Source: the human T2T-CHM13v2.0 reference genome, Homo sapiens
Strand: one strand, 5' to 3'
Assembly: GCF_009914755.1 (NCBI RefSeq)
Contig: NC_060926.1
Length of the DNA stretch: 64,000 nucleotides
Each line of letters begins with the position of its first letter. The stretch's first letter is position 1. Under the pieces are notes generated by a model that saw only the letters and a list, made by a program, of their open reading frames with translations, ran no database searches and was not told the origin of the DNA. Positions 62,301-64,000 of the stretch are shown here, in pieces. The position numbers and the translations under genes were made by a program.

Positions 62301-64000
62301 ATGCAATAATATTTTAAATGGGCCAAATTTGGCTCCTAGCTATTCATGTGCTGCTCTTGCAGGCCTTAGGGAAAATAGCTTATGAGTGCAGGGAAATCTA
62401 ATCTGGCCCACATCCCATTGCTTCCTCTATGACACATTGAAAAGAGCCTCTGTGAAGAATTTCCATGGTTCTGGTTTGCATGAGCACTGATGAAAAGAAG
62501 TGGACTTTGTGGATAACTCTCTGGGCCTAATAGAAGAACTTATTCGGGGTAAAAATATAAAACAAGTAAAGTTAGTTGCCCAAGCCCTCCATTATCCCTT
62601 TCTGATTCATTTCCCTGACAGCTGTATGTCTTTCTCTGATCCTATTCTCATACTCCATTTTTCCTCTTGTGAAGAAGAAAAAATTCAAAGAAAGCCAACA
62701 TCTGCCAAAGTATGTTTCATGGGCTAGTAGTTCTTCAAAATGTCTTGCCACAAAAAATTCTGGAGTCAGATAGATTTTAGAGAAGTCTCTCTTGGAGAGT
62801 CATAGGGCACATATGAACATGCTAGAGATTTTGAGTGGCTTCAGAGGAAAGGGGCCTATAGAACTACGTTTAGGGCCCCTGTTTGTGACATAAGATCTAA
62901 TACTTCTTAGAATTAATATTGTTCTATGGAATTATGTTTCAAATTTTACAGATCTTATGGAAATGATAATGTTTAATATTGAGGGTGTCATGTTAAGGTC
63001 AGCTGAACTTCAAACCTAAGCTATACCAGCTGAATATTTAAATGAGAAAGAGTTTTTCAAAACCTTATCCCCAAAGCAGTGAATCTAGATGAGAACTTCA
63101 AAAAATTATAAAGGCATTTATTTCTTTGCAGACACAATTCTGTATGAGAAACAAAATACCTGGTATGAGAAAATTATTAGTATCATCCAGTGTAACTGAT
63201 GTTTACCATAGTTTTAGCAACTACAACTCATAATAATAAGATAGTGTGTTAAACACGGCATACCTTCTCTGATTCAGGAGATGGCTTTGCCATCAGTTGA
63301 ATGATTTCTGGGAATCAAAGCTAAATTTTGAACATTGTTTTTGGATTTATTCCAAATGTAAAAAACTAAGACAATTAACTACGTAGAATATGGACCCTCG
63401 CAACTTCAAAATGCACATTTCTTTTCAACCAGATTTCTGGTAACTTTTGGTCTTGATGAAATGATTAGCTAACTGATTTTCAACTAATTTAAGAATAGGA
63501 TTCCAGCAAAACAGTTTGTGCATACAATCACCTAGGCAAAGATGACCCTGGCAATTATTAGCTTGCTCTTCCTCTGCAGAATTCCTGGGGAAACATGATC
63601 CACAGTCAACTAACCATTTTCATTAATATGCACTTATTCCTGCAGAAAGAAACATAACAGGCTACTCCATCCACAGACTTTAGGCATGCAGCTTGTGTGC
63701 AAGTGAAGCTTCCACAATGTTGTTCTACTCTCATTCCTCTGCAAGGTGGCATTACTAGGGAAAGTTTAAGGGGAGTGGGTGGGCAGAAAATGATGCAAAA
63801 ACTTTTTCCTGTAGAAGTGATTCTTTATCTGGGTTAAGGGCAGTACACAATTTTACAAGAAACAGAGCTTTCTGTAATTGTTGCATTGGGGTACATGTAA
63901 GGAGACACATTGCACTACATATATGTCACATGGCCCTTCTGTGGTATTGATGTTTCTTGTGATAAAAAGTAGACAAACTGAACATTCAAGGGTACATTTT

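Overview
AT-rich, repeat-dense primate DNA, most likely human or great ape (AluY/AluS, L1PA, THE1/MST, MLT, MIR and L2 remnants). I see no intact protein-coding gene, CpG island, tRNA/rRNA or CRISPR array. The only ORFs I recognise as real protein are broken LINE-1 ORF1/ORF2 remnants. The window reads as gene desert or a very large intron. Most LTRs and long L1s lie on the + strand, which weakly suggests a host transcript on the - strand. I found no convincing novel multi-gene system. The best unexplained signals are structural. (1) A perfect 49-bp-arm inverted repeat at 15981-16083. (2) A CpG-retaining hairpin at about 9176-9238. (3) A degenerate palindrome carrying mirrored octamer and E-box motifs at about 19819-19967. 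(4) A nested hairpin at 10727-10799. (5) Several exon-like segments, including an 18-nt minus-strand microexon candidate. (6) Several templated-insertion or duplication scars. Repeat subfamily names come from remembered consensus sequences, and boundaries of old elements are approximate.
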